Source: Octopus sinensis (taxonomy: Eukaryota). From it: DNA of 64,000 nt. The position numbers and the translations under genes were made by a program. Of this stretch, positions 37,305-50,303 are shown piece after piece. The stretch lies in assembly GCF_006345805.1 (NCBI RefSeq), contig NC_042997.1, positions 171,802,001-171,866,000 on the forward strand. The letters are read 5' to 3'. How positions within the stretch are numbered: position 1 is the first letter of the stretch; each line of letters starts with the position of its first letter. The notes beneath the pieces are model-generated. The model made no database searches. It was given only the letters and a program-made list of their open reading frames with translations, and had not been told where the DNA came from.

Positions 37305-37432
37305 ATAACAATAACAATAATAATAATAATGATGACGATGACGACGATGATGATGATGATGACGACGATGACGATGGTGAAGATGACGACGACGATGATG
37401 ACGACGACGATGATGATGATGACGATGACGAC

Positions 37433-37467
<35 letters not shown>

Positions 37468-37620
37468 CGATGATGACGACTACGATGATGATGATGATGA
37501 TGACAATAATGACGATGATGATGACGATGATGATGGCGACTACGATGAGGATGATGACGATGATGATGGTGACGACGACGATGATGACGACTACGATGAC
37601 GATGATGATGACGACGACGA

Positions 37621-37651
<31 letters not shown>

Positions 37652-37720
37652 GACGACGACGATGATGACGACTACGATGACGATGATGACGTTGGTGATG
37701 ATGATGATGATGATGATGAT
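37305..37720. repeat. Compound (AAT)/(GAT/GAC)n trinucleotide microsatellite
   Basis: Directly visible; it accounts for the poly-His and poly-Met/Thr ORFs. Confidence 0.95.
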
Positions 37721-38279
37721 GGAGGGTTCTAAGCACTTAAAAGGCTGCTGAAAACTTGTGGATATCTAAGGTTACAGGAGGTAACCCACTACCCACATAA
37801 ATCCTACCAGGAATAAGACCGAACCTAAGCTACACCAAAAATAATAATAATAATAAGGATCTTTTCGGTTTGAACAGCAGTTTTTTAAAATAATTTCCAC
37901 GTAACTAAACACTTTTAAACTTCGTATACTGGTAGAATGTGTTTATAAAACATCTTTTTCTCTTGGCTTTATTGAGAAAATTCTATAGTTTGTAAGATAT
38001 TTGTTGTTTTTTCTTCAATTTCTGCAATTTCAACCAATCACTGACGTCTATTGAGGTAAAGAAACATTCTGAGCCGTATGAATATGTCCCTTGTTTAAGA
38101 AACAGATTTGGTTTATTTACATTTGTGAAGAAAAAAAGATACCCTTTCCCCCTTACCCTAACTAACCCTAACCTCAAAACAGATTGAAATGCAATAGATC
38201 GATACTAGGGTCATAATTATAGGTGACAATTTCATATGACACCGCTAGAAAAATACTGCCGTTCAAACAGAAGAGATCC

Positions 38280-38352
<73 letters not shown>

Positions 38353-38353
38353 T

Positions 38354-38385
<32 letters not shown>

Positions 38386-38387
38386 AT

Positions 38388-38640
38388 GATGACATTCAAT
38401 AAGTGTATTGTGCTCTTCCTTCATCCACATACGTCTGTTTTTGCGCACACCATGTATGTGATTTGTTGTGACATAACAACTGTCCAAGGCCAGTTCACTA
38501 CCCTTAATGCAGGCAATTTCGGACGTACTGGGTGGGAAACCTTCACCATGATCGGCTATAGCTTCATTCTTGCTGTTAATTCCTTCTTTGTGCTGCATCA
38601 TGATTTCGTGAGTCATTTGTGGGGCTCCCACAAAAGTTGT
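38388..38640 (-). mobile_element. Probable 5' fragment of an R4/Dong-type element ending in a TAA/TAG microsatellite
   Basis: RRMWMKEEHNTLIECHH resembles the N-terminal Myb-like motif (RxxWTxEEN...ECY) of R4/Dong ORFs. Confidence 0.4.
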
Positions 38641-40116
38641 TATTGAGATTCCATCTCTCTCTTTATTTGTATATACACGTGCACATGTATGTACATACAC
38701 ACATATATATTTCTTTATTACACACAAGGGGCTAAACACAGAGGGGACAAACAAGGACAGACAAAGGTATTAAGTCGATTACATCGACTCCAGTGCGTAA
38801 CTGGTACTTAATTTATCGACCCCGAAAGGATGAAAGGCAAAGTCGACCTCAGCGGAATTTGAACTCAGAACGTAACTACAGACGAAATACCTATTTCTAT
38901 TTCTTTATTACCCACAAGGGGCTAAACACAGAGGGGACAAACAAGGACAGACATAGGTATTAAGTCGATTACATCGACTCCAGTGCGTAACTGGTACTTA
39001 ATTTATCGACCCGGAAAGGATGAAAGGCAAAGTCGACCTCAGCGGAATTTGAACTCAGAACGTAACGACAGACGAAATACCGCTAGGCATTTCACTCGGC
39101 GAGCTAACGTTTCTGCCAGCTAGCTTGCATTGTGTCGGCTCTATAACCACAGTGATTATCATTACATTACCTATTGCCTTTAAAATTATCAATAATAATA
39201 TGGGTCCCGGGATATTGCAGCAGATCTTCATCCCTAATTATCAAATACTCAGCAAGCGTTCTCCTTTTCACTCTTTATACCTATTTCTTTATTGGCCACA
39301 AGGGGCTAAACATAGAGGGGACAAACAAGGACAGACAAACGGATTAAGTTGATTACATAGACCCCAGTGCGTAACTGGTACTTAATTTATCGACCCCCGA
39401 AAGGATGAAAGGCAAAGTCGACCTCGGCGGAATTTGAACTCAGAACTTAACGGCAGACGAAATACAGCTACGCATTTCGCCCGGCGCATAGTCTATAACG
39501 AATCAGTCCTCTGCCATCATTCTTTCTTTTCATATACAGTCTGTTTACGTTTGCAGTTAGCACTTAATTACTATCTTTTGCGCTCCCTGCATGAATGGCA
39601 GTTCAGGGGTCATTCTCAACTAATTTTTAGTTCCTTTACTGGTCATTTCAAGTGCTCATCACTGGTTTTGTAGCCGTCTTGACAGTACGAGAAAGAGAAG
39701 CATCTTAGTGAATAGACTAAATTCTACGGGTCTGTAAGATGGTAAGGAGATCAGCAGTAAGCATTCCTGTGCCATAAGGAGACAAAAGAGACCTCACACC
39801 CTTGGGGTCAGCAAAGGTCAAATTTGTTTTACTACTACTATCGATCAATGAGAGTGCTGACTTTGGTCTTGAAAAGAACCAGTTCACCTTGTTCTATTTT
39901 TAATTACTAATAGGAAAAAATAATATATATATATATCTTTGATAGATCGCTAGCCACTAAATCTTTTTCTATTTTCTCTCCTTGTTTATTTCTGTGTTCC
40001 TTTCTGTCAAGGAGCTAGAAACGTAAAAGACTTTCTCACTTCCTGAATGTTAAACTAATACATCTTTTTGTTGTTTACACACCCATCTTTGCCTTTTGTT
40101 TTTTTTTTTTGTAAAT

Positions 40117-40166
<50 letters not shown>

Positions 40167-40176
40167 TATATATATA

Positions 40177-40215
<39 letters not shown>

Positions 40216-40216
<1 letters not shown>

Positions 40217-41442
40217 GTGGTGGTGGTGGGGGGAATAACTATTCGTACACGTCAAAATTCTTTATTTATTTAATTTCTAATGAACATAAATGGGATATAC
40301 TAATACTATATTTGCATACACATGCATAAACTAAGAATATGCAAAAGAAAGTAATTAAGTATAGTAACTAAGGAATTTATATTCAATTATAAATATTTAG
40401 GAGTGAAAAAAGTATTCGTGCAGAACATAAATAACTGATAATTCTGATTTAATACTTCGTAGCATAACCGTTATTGAGTTCCACTTCAACCAATCTCTTC
40501 TTGTAGTTATTAATCAATAACTTGCATGTTTCTTTAGGAATTTTTTCCCATTCTCCTTGACAAATTTTCTTCAAATCTGCAATGCACGTTGGGGCTCTTG
40601 AATGAATTCTAATTTTCAAATAATGCCACAAATTTTCAATGGGGTTCAAGTCAGGTGACTGGCTTGGCCATTCTAATAATTTTATATTGTGATCGACAAT
40701 CCATTTTTCGGTAGACTTCGCCGTGTGCTTGGGATCGTTATCCTGTTGTAAAACCCACCCTTCACAAAGCTGGAGCTTTTCTACAGAGTCTCATAAATCA
40801 TTGTTCAAAATATTTTGGTACATCTCTGCATTCATTCTACCATCTATCACATGTAAATTGCCAGTACCATTTGCAGAGAAACACTCCCCACATCATGATG
40901 TTGCCACCTCCAAACTTTACGGTAGGAATTGTGTTTTTCGGCGAATAGGCGAATTTCGTCCAAACAATTCAATTTTCGACTCGTCTGTCCATAGAACATT
41001 TTCCCAGAATGTATCAGATTTATCTTTATGTTCATAAACAATGCCAAATGTCAAACAAGCATCTCTATGCCTTTTACTCAACAGCGGAGTTTTTCTAGGA
41101 GAGCGTGACTTCAGTTCATTCCTATGAAGTTCATTGCTGATTGTTCGTAGTGTAATACTAGTTCTTGAAGCTAACAAATCTTCTTGCAACTCCTTTCTGT
41201 TGATCATTGCGTTTTTTTCGATTCTTCGCTTCATTTTCCTTAAAGATCTAGGGGAAATCTTGCATGGGGGCATCGGATCTTATTCTGTTTTCAACAGTTC
41301 CCGATTTTTTTTATATCTTTGAATAAATGAAGATATGGTAGAAAATGGAATACAAAGTGTCTCTGATATTTTCCTGTAACTTTTCCCTGCATTCCACTGT
41401 TCAATAATTAAGTTTTTCACTGAATTTTTATTTCCCCCACTG
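40216..41442 (-). mobile_element. Degenerate Tc1-family transposon
   Basis: [25 protein letters not shown] and WPSQSPDLNPIENLWHYLK motifs across frames. TIR-like CAGTGGGGGAAATAA ends lie in TA tracts. Confidence 0.9.
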
Positions 41443-42204
41443 TATATATATATATATATATACTTTTTGATAGTTTAAAAAAAATTAAAAGTTTAAAAAT
41501 TTATAAATTTAAATTTTAAAAATATATAAAAATTTATAAATATAAACAATTTTAAATTTTATATTTTTTGTATATTATATTAATTATATATTTTTTAATG
41601 TTTTGGTTCATGTTTTCCATTGTTTGATTTGCCTAATAGTGGTTTTATCTCTAATTTAATTTGTACGTAAAAAGCACCAGCTGTTCGTGGCCGTTGCCAG
41701 CCTCGCCTGGCCCCCGTGCCGGTGGCACGTAAAAAACACCATCTGATCATGGCCGTTTGCCAGCCTCGTCTGGCACCTGTGCCAGTGGCACATAAAAAGC
41801 ACCCACTACACTCACGGAGTGGTTGGCGTTAGGAAGGGCATCCAGCCGTAGAAACATTGCCAGTTCAGACTGGGCCTGGTGCAGCCTTCTGGCTTCCCAG
41901 ACCCCAGTTGAACTGTCCAACCCATGCTAGCATGGAAAGCAGATGCTAAACGATGATGATGATGATGATGATGATGATGATATATACTGATGTTCACATT
42001 GCTGAATTTTTGAATTTCTGATATTTTAAAAAACTTTTCTTTTCTTTTTTTAAGTTTTACTGTGGTTTATAGTTTTTGTAATTGCACAGTTTGTATATAT
42101 TGGCAGGTACTTCCTTCCTTAATTTTTTTGATTTTTAGAGGTATCTTCCAAGGTGACTTATTTTCTCTGTAACTTTTTGTAATTGCACTAACACCCTTAA
42201 CAAT

Positions 42205-43773
42205 GACACTTATGAAAGTTAAGATGGGTTACTGATGTGGGAAGAAAGGCCCATCATTGAACCATCTTCTGTTTATGGATGACCTGAAATTGTTTGGGAA
42301 ATCTGAAAAACAGTCCAAAAGTGCTGTAGTGACATGAGTATGGAATTTGGGATCACCAAATATTCAGTACTTAATATGAAGAGGGAAGAAAGCAGCCTGC
42401 AGAGGATTGCGGTTACCATCAGGAGAAACCATACATGAACCCGATGGTAGTGGGTATAGATATTTAGGGATTTTGGAGCTGGATGACATTCTACACAAAT
42501 AAATGAAAGTCAAGGTCAGCAAGGTGTATCAAAAAAAGGTGAAGATGGCGTTGAAATCCAACCTGAATGCCAAAAATTTGAGTACCGCAATGAATAGCTG
42601 GGTACTTGTGGTGGTCAGATATAGTGCATCCATTTTCAAATGGACTAAGGAGGACAGAAGAACGTGAAAGTTGATGATGCCGCATGGGGCGCTACACCCT
42701 AAACAAACATAAACAGACTGTATATGTAAAGAAAGAATGGTGGCAGAGGACTAATTAGTATAGACCATTGTATAAGAAGTGAAAGGAGAACCCTTGCCGA
42801 GTATTTGATAAATAGTGATGAAGATCTGCTGCAATATGCAGTGAACGATATAGGTGTGAACGCAGATGAAATGATGGGCAAGGAAGAGTTTAACCAAAGA
42901 GCTGAGAAGAAGAGAAAAGAAGACCTTCTTGAAATGAGAATGCATGGACAGTTTGAAAGGAATACAGAAGATGTTAAGGATGATACAGCATCGTGGGCAT
43001 AGCTTGAGTGAGGTGATTTGAAGCATACCACCGAAAGCCTGATCATTGCTGCACAAGACCAGGCTCTCACTACCAATTCAGTAAAGTATAGCATCTATAA
43101 AACTTCTGATACCCAGAAATGCAGACTCTGTGGAAAGGGTGTGGAAAATGTGACCCACTTGGTAAGTGGATGTGAGAGCCTTGCACAAAAAGAATACAAA
43201 TGCCACCATGATAAATTGTGTGTGTATCTTCATTGGCTCTTATGCCGTAAATATCAATATGAAGTAAGAGAGAACTGGTATGAGCATGTGCCAAGTAAAG
43301 TTATGCAGGAAGATGGAAAAGCATGGGACTATGATTTTCAGATATATCGTGTAATTGAACACTGTTGGCTGGATATTGTCATATTGAATAAGAGAGACAA
43401 ATACTGTCAGATCATTGATGTAGCCATACCAAATGACATGAATGTTGTGAGTAAAAAGGTTGAAAAAATCACCAAGTACTCTGAATTGAAAGTGGAAATG
43501 GCAAGACTGTGGAATGCAAGAGGATAATGTAAAAGTGATACCAGTGGTGTTCAGAGCTTTGGGCTCAATCCTATTGAAACTTCAAAACTTCTTAAAGCAA
43601 CTGGAAATCCCATGCAAGATTGATGTCTTACAGAAAGCAGCCTTATTGGGCACAGTTCACATCTTAAGGAAAGTATTATCTGTCTGAGGTCTTTGTTGTG
43701 ACTTGACAGATGACTAAAGACTCTGGTGCATTTTTACCTACACTGTGTTATGAAGGAATAATAATAATAATAA
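42205..43773 (+). mobile_element. R4/Dong-clade non-LTR retrotransposon, 3' half (RT end, CCHC finger, restriction-like endonuclease), degenerate
   Basis: HLLFMDDLKLFG; TESLIIAAQDQAL; CRLCG...ENVTHLVSGC; DIVI...IIDVAIP...EKITKY; (TAA)n tail. Confidence 0.9.
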
Positions 43774-44039
43774 TTGTTTCTTTATTGGCTACCAGGGCTG
43801 AACACAAAACATAGAGGACAATACACAGACAAGGGACAGTGAGGTTAAACATGTAAACAGCCAACAAACACAACGATTAACAAAGAGATTAGATCAACAA
43901 TATGCTTCCCCAATAGGGGGAGTTCCACCATAAGGTGACCAATGAGGCCTCACACACTTTTGGCCCCTTAACACAAATGGCTACTCAGGAAGGGACTCTT
44001 TCTTCACCTTTCCTTGTGGCCTATAGGCTCACACTTAGA

Positions 44040-45527
44040 GTAGGCCAGGCAGTGGCTCTCATGGCTTTTGAATGCCCTGATGCATTACCAGGCAGTGACT
44101 CTCATGGCTTCTGATATTAACTGATTGAAAGTACATGTCTTGTGTTGGTGTAAAAAATGGGCAAATATTCTGCTCAGTACTACAGATTTGCTTGTCAGTT
44201 GTTTGATCTTAACCATTTGAGCATGTTTCTTAGAGGCTGATGATATGTGCATCTCTGATCACATACAGAAGTAGTGGGGGAGCATCATAACCATATGTTG
44301 AAAGGAATCTTTGGGATTTGGATAATTTACCTCTGGAAACATGGGTGTTTTGTTCATCATCCTTAAACAAATTTTATTCAGGAACCTAAGAAAATTTTAA
44401 CTAGATCCCACCTGCAAGCCCATGTGCTGTATATCTTGATATGAGATCACCATGTCATACACATATAGTTGTGATGCATGTGCCAGGTGTACCCCTACCA
44501 GAAGGGTAGTCATAATGGGTGTATTGGGCTTCGAATATTTGTACCTTAGAGTCATCTTGATGGCATGCACTACTCTCACTCAATAACAATAATAATAATG
44601 GGGAAAAAGGCATTGGAGGGGGTGATTCATACCCTGTACACACACACACAAGGATAAAATTTAATTTAATAAATATATTCTCAGACGAATTCATATTTCA
44701 ATAAACTGACATCAAGAGTTATTTCCCACTTATCATTTATGCATATATAGCAAAGAAAAAAAAACATTTTGATTCACCTGTCTGCCAATTTTGAAAATAA
44801 TGAAACCAAACTAATGAGTTTGAGCCACTCACTCAATGAGTATTTCTGCCAAATTTGGTGAAAATCCGTTCAACTGTTTTCCAGTAATTTTGCTACCACA
44901 GACAAACAGACAAAGACGAGCGACAACAATACCCTGCTTTCACTTACACATGCAGGAAAAATATTAATAATAATAATAATAATAATATTAATATATTGAT
45001 CTTAACTGATTGGAAGTGTTATCATGTGCATTGTTTTGTCTTAGTATAAAAGATGGGCTACAGCAAATATTCTGCTCAATACCACAGATTTGCTTGTCAA
45101 TTGTTTGACCTTAACCAGTTGAGCATGTCCCTTTGTGGCTGACGATATGTGCATCTCTGATCATGAGCAGAAGTAGTGGGGGAGCATCATAGCCATGTGT
45201 TGAAAGGAATTCTTTTGGGGTTTGAATAATTCACCTCTGGAAACATGGGTGTTTCGTTCAACATCTTTAAACAACCCTTATTCAGGGACCTTTTGAGAAA
45301 GATGGGTTACTTGACCAGAAGAAAATTCTAACTGGGACCTATTTGCAAGGTCGTGCTGTTTATCTTGATATGAGATCACCATGTCGTGCACGTATGGTTG
45401 TGATGGATGTGCCTGGTGTACCCTTATCAGATGGGTAGTCATGATGGGTGTCCTGGTCTTCGTATATTTTACCCCAGTGTCACTTTGATGGCATGCACTG
45501 CTCTGTCACTCAATAATAATAATAATC
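44040..45527 (+). mobile_element. Two copies (44040-44598, 44998-45527) of a TAA-tailed non-autonomous retro-repeat; deleted copy at 49170-49390(-)
   Basis: Shared ~520-bp body ending GCATGCAC...CACTCAATAATAAT. The copy at 44998 sits between TAA tracts. Confidence 0.75.
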
Positions 45528-47075
45528 AGAATTTTTAATGAACCACTAGTGTAATTGGTTTTCTTTTCTGCTCCTACAGCAGGGTTTACGGTTCTAGAAT
45601 AGCTCTGTGGTCTTTAGAGATCGAGAGGACTTGCATTCTCATACCCACACTGAACCACTAAGATGATGATGATCAATGTCATGACTGGTGCTTTCTAGCT
45701 GTGTCCTTTGTGTTGCATCTCCACAATATTCTGTGATAGCTTGTTGTCTTGTCCCATCTTTAAGCTTAACCCTTTCGTTACCAACCCGGCTGAAACCGCC
45801 TCTGGCTCTGCGTACAAATGTCTTGTATCCATAAGTTTTGAATTAAAATCTTCCATCAAACCTTAGTCACAATTTATGTTCCTAACACTGGCTGAATGAT
45901 AACTAAGTTATTTTACTAAATTCTTTGTTATAATTAAAGTAATTGAAAGAAACACAGAGCATCTCAACAGAAATACGGTAACAAAAGGGTTAAAGACTAA
46001 GCAAGCACTCCAGTATTCCCTATTCAGTTAGCCCTTACTTATGACTACCCCTTTGAATATGATACACATCCCCCATTTCTCGGGATGGGGGTGAGAAGGA
46101 ATGCAGTCATTTTCCTCCTTGCCATTTTCTGGATGTTTTAACAAAAAAAAAGATACTATCTCTTGTGGAATACCTCTTCTGTATCTGTTTCCTTTCTGGA
46201 AGTTGTTTCTTTATTGCTATCAGAAAAAAGTGTAATTTTTAATTTTTTAAAGTGTAAATGTCAGTTATGACTTCATGTTCAAATGTATTCATTTATTTTT
46301 TTGTTTGTCTAGTCTTTCAACACTAGTGTTATTTTGACAGAAGTTTTATCAAACTTCTTGCAGGCATATCAATAGCCATCAAGCTTGTGGCTACCCATAA
46401 GCAGAAGCCATCTTGCATAGCCAGTAAACAAATGTTTGTACAAATTTAAAAATACAAAAACCTCCTGGGACAAACTTTATATTTCATCTCCAAGCCAAAA
46501 TATACAACAAAGAAAAGCTTCTTTTCATTCAGCAAATGTGGTAAGGCATACCTTCATCAATAATAATAATGATAATGATGATGATCATCATCATCATTGT
46601 TTAATGTCCACTTTCCATGCAGGCATGGGTTGGATGGTTTGACTGAGGACTGGCGAGCCAGATGGCTGCACCAGGCTCCAGTCTGATCTAGCGGAGTTTC
46701 TACAGCTGGATGCCCTTCCTAATGCCAACCACTCCAAGAGTGTAGTGGGTGCTTTTTACATGCCACCGGCACGAGGGACAGTCAGGTGGTACTGGTGATG
46801 GCCATGCTCAAATGGTGTTTTTTATGTGCCACCTGCACAGGAGCCAGTCCAGCAGCACTGGTAACGACCTCGAAGACAACAAATTTCCAGCAATTTAATT
46901 TTCAGCAATTAAAAGAAATCAGAAGCACTGTTCTAACCCAAAAAGTACAAAGCACATCTGAGAAGCAATTATATTGTGTACTCAAAACTTCAAGAACTAA
47001 CAATAATAATAATAATAATGATGATGATGATGATGATGGTGATGGTGGTGGTGGTGGTGGTGGTGGTGGTGGTGG

Positions 47076-48412
47076 TCAATGAAGAGGAAATTTCAAAGCT
47101 TGTGGTCAATGAAGAGAGTAGATGTGATACCAATAGCAATTGGTGCACTTGGAAGTATCAGCACTCAACTAAACAACATGGCTGAAAAAGATTGGTGCAA
47201 ATCTGAAGGTAGAACATCTACAAAATTCAGCATTGCTTGGAACTGCAAGAATTCTTTGCAGGGTTCTTGAAGCATGGCCAGTAAACAAGTGCCACCTTAG
47301 TCTGCTGGCTGTGGACAGCTGATACTTTTCCAACATAGCCAGCAAAATAAGCTGTGAGTTTTCATCACATAATAATAATAATAAAATGCGCCAACTGCAG
47401 CTGCAAAGAAAATAAAATTAATTGCAAAGACAAAAGCACATGAAAATTTAGCTAGCAGATGGGAACAGAAACCTCTCCATGGCAAGTATGTGGCCCGTAG
47501 CAAACAAGCTGATGTCGACCAGAAACACATGCACCAATTGTTATGAAGCTCAGGGCTAAAAGCAGAGAGTGAAGGTGTCATATTAGCTGCTCAAGACCAA
47601 TGCTTATCAACCCGGAACTACCAAGCCAATGTGATGGAAAATGGAGCTGACCCAAAATGCAAATTCTGTAACGATGAGATTGAAACAATAGACCACTTAA
47701 TCTCAGGGTGTGGAGTCTTAGCACCTGCAGAATATAAAGCAAGACATGACAGAGTCGGCCAGTATTTACATTGGACAATATGTCGGCATTATAAAATCAA
47801 AACCGCTGACAAATGGTATAAACATTATCCTGAAGCTGTGACTGAGGGAGAAAATGTGTCGATTCTATGGGACTTTCCCGTGCAGACCGACAGGACTATA
47901 AAAGCTAATAAACCGGATATTATTATAAAAGATCAGACAAAAAAGATGTGTTTATTAATTGACATGAGTATTCCCTGTGATCACAATATAGCGGCAAAAG
48001 AATTTGACAAAATTTGTAAATATAAAGACCTGCTAATAGAAATTGAAAAAATGTGGCATCTCAAGGCGACTACAAGTACCAGTAATTGTAGGATCTCTAG
48101 GAATGATAAAAAAAGGTACTGAAACCTATTTGAAAATGATACCAAGCTTACCATCCCTACAGGAAGTGCAAAAAATCGTATTAACTAGAACGGCTCATGT
48201 ACTGAGAAGGGCACTATCGCTGTGAAAATAACATCCATCCATGAATTTATTTATTTATTAATTTTCAAATACATATTTTATCTGTGAATTTGCACATGTA
48301 ATCTGGGAATGCATACAATGCCCTTCTCTGCCCTAGGTGTATGGAAAACACTCGGCGAGAAACGGAAGAAAATTTGAAGAAAGAAGGAAAAAACATAATA
48401 ATAATAATAACA
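47076..48412 (+). mobile_element. Two stacked 5'-truncated R4/Dong copies (47076-47385 and 47386-48412)
   Basis: PLHGKY...SEGVILAAQDQCL...CKFCN...HLISGC...LWDFPVQTDRTIKANKPDIII...LIDMSIP. The second copy lies in the TAA tail of the first. Confidence 0.9.
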
Positions 48413-48699
48413 ACAATGTTATTTTCTACTCTAGGCACAAGGCCCTAAATCACATCTCTTTAGTGCTTCTGGTGGGATGTTGTCAGGACCAGTTTGTTTT
48501 CTTTCTTTTTTCAAGTTACTTGTAGCTCTTTCTATTTCTTGTTTTGTGAAGTCTCCATCCTCAATTTACAAACCATCAATTATCTTTGCTAATTCTTCAT
48601 TTTCTGTTTCACTGTCAACTTCTGGATCCTTCCCAAATAAGTTGTAGAAGTGAGCGTATCACTTCTTGATTCTCTCGTCCTTTGGTTTCCCTTAGATGA

Positions 48700-49091
48700 T
48701 TTCCTGCTTTGCAGCTTTGGAACCAGTGATGGATGGTTGTTATATGAGGATGCATAGAATGGCACCCAATGTCTCCTGGAAGAGTCATACAACAAACGCC
48801 GACTTATATCAGGTACGACCAAAAGTAACATTGAAGACACAGCATAGAAGGATGAGGCTAGTTGGACACCACATCAGACATACTGATGAAATTGTTAACA
48901 AGCTAGTGCTCTGACAACCAACAGAAGGAAGAACCAAGAGAGAAAGGAGGAAGACAACCTATATCGACAACTTGCTGGAGGATACTGGTATGGAGGGGAG
49001 TACAGGAGCTGAGGACTGTTATGGAAGTTCGGGATGAGTGGGGAAAACTTGTGGCGTCCTGAGGGCCAACCTAGATAAATAGATAGATAGA

Positions 49092-49092
<1 letters not shown>
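48700..49092 (+). mobile_element. RTE-like LINE 3' fragment
   Basis: MDGCYMRMHRMAPNVSWKSHTTNADLY...RRMRLVGHHIRH...TTYIDNLLEDTG, ending in a (TAGA)n tail. Confidence 0.7.
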
Positions 49093-49136
<44 letters not shown>

Positions 49137-50258
49137 CATTATTATTATTATTATTATTATTGTTATTTTTATTATTATTACTTTTGAGTGGAGCAGCGCA
49201 TGCCACCAAAGTGACACTGGGGTATAAATATACAAAGTCCAGTATACCCACTACTCCTGCTCATAATCAGAGATGCACATATCGTCAGCCACTAAGGGAC
49301 ATGCTCAACTGGTTAAGGTCAAGCTACTGACAAGCAAATCTGTGGTACTGAGTAGAATATTTGCTGTAGTCTGTCTTTTATACCAAGACTAATTATTATT
49401 ATTATTTTTTTTTTTTTTTCTACACTAGGCACAAACCTCAAAAGTTTTGGGGAGGAGGCCAGTCAATAAGATCGACCCCTGTATTCAACTGGTACTTAAT
49501 TTATCGACCCCGAAAGGATGAAATGCAAAGTCCACCCCAGCAGAATTTGTACTCAAAACATAAAGGCAGACGAAATACTGCTAAGCATTTCACCCAGCGT
49601 GTTCTATAAAATGCTAAGAATTTCTTCTCCCTCAGTTGTCAGAAATAAATTCTTATTAAAATAATACTTTCTTCTATTTTCGAAATACACCTCTCTCTCT
49701 CTCGTGCGCTTTCTCTCTCTATCTCTCTATTTTTCTCTCTCCTTCCCTCTCTTTTTCCCTGAAATATATTGTTTAAACAATATCTGTTCTCTATTGACCA
49801 ACTGTTACATATATGCCTGCTTAGAAATGAATTTCCATCTCTGTCCCCCACTCGATCACCTGTTCTCTCTCTCTCTCTCTCTCTCCCTCTATTTTTCTCT
49901 TGTAATGGCTCTTATTTTACATGTGGAATTTGGTATGATCAATTATGGCAACACACATGAAGATATATTCCTCATCTCTCAGGGAAGCCAAAATGAGTGG
50001 ACTCAGTTTAAGCAAAACAACAATAATTATTATACAGAGTAACCCTGAACCTAATGATGGCCTTGAACAGTCGGTGGTGAAACAACATTAATCACATGAC
50101 AATTGCTTTTCTAGAATTTCTATAAATTCTTGGAGAATGAATACAATGCGAAGACATACCATTCAGTTAACAATGCTTTAATCAAAGAAATATGTTATTT
50201 AAACCATGTGTTGGCACCATCCATCCATCCATCCATCCATCCATCCATCCATCCATCC

Positions 50259-50303
<45 letters not shown>

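Noticed and set aside
37302-37751. His-rich and Met/Thr-rich ORFs
   Set aside because: They are translations of a GAT/GAC microsatellite. The same applies to the poly-YI, poly-V/T and poly-N ORFs elsewhere.
39985-40035. Third hammerhead (CTGTCAAGGAGCTAGAAACGTAAAAG)
   Set aside because: The core is degenerate and stem II is missing; at most a decayed PLE-derived remnant.
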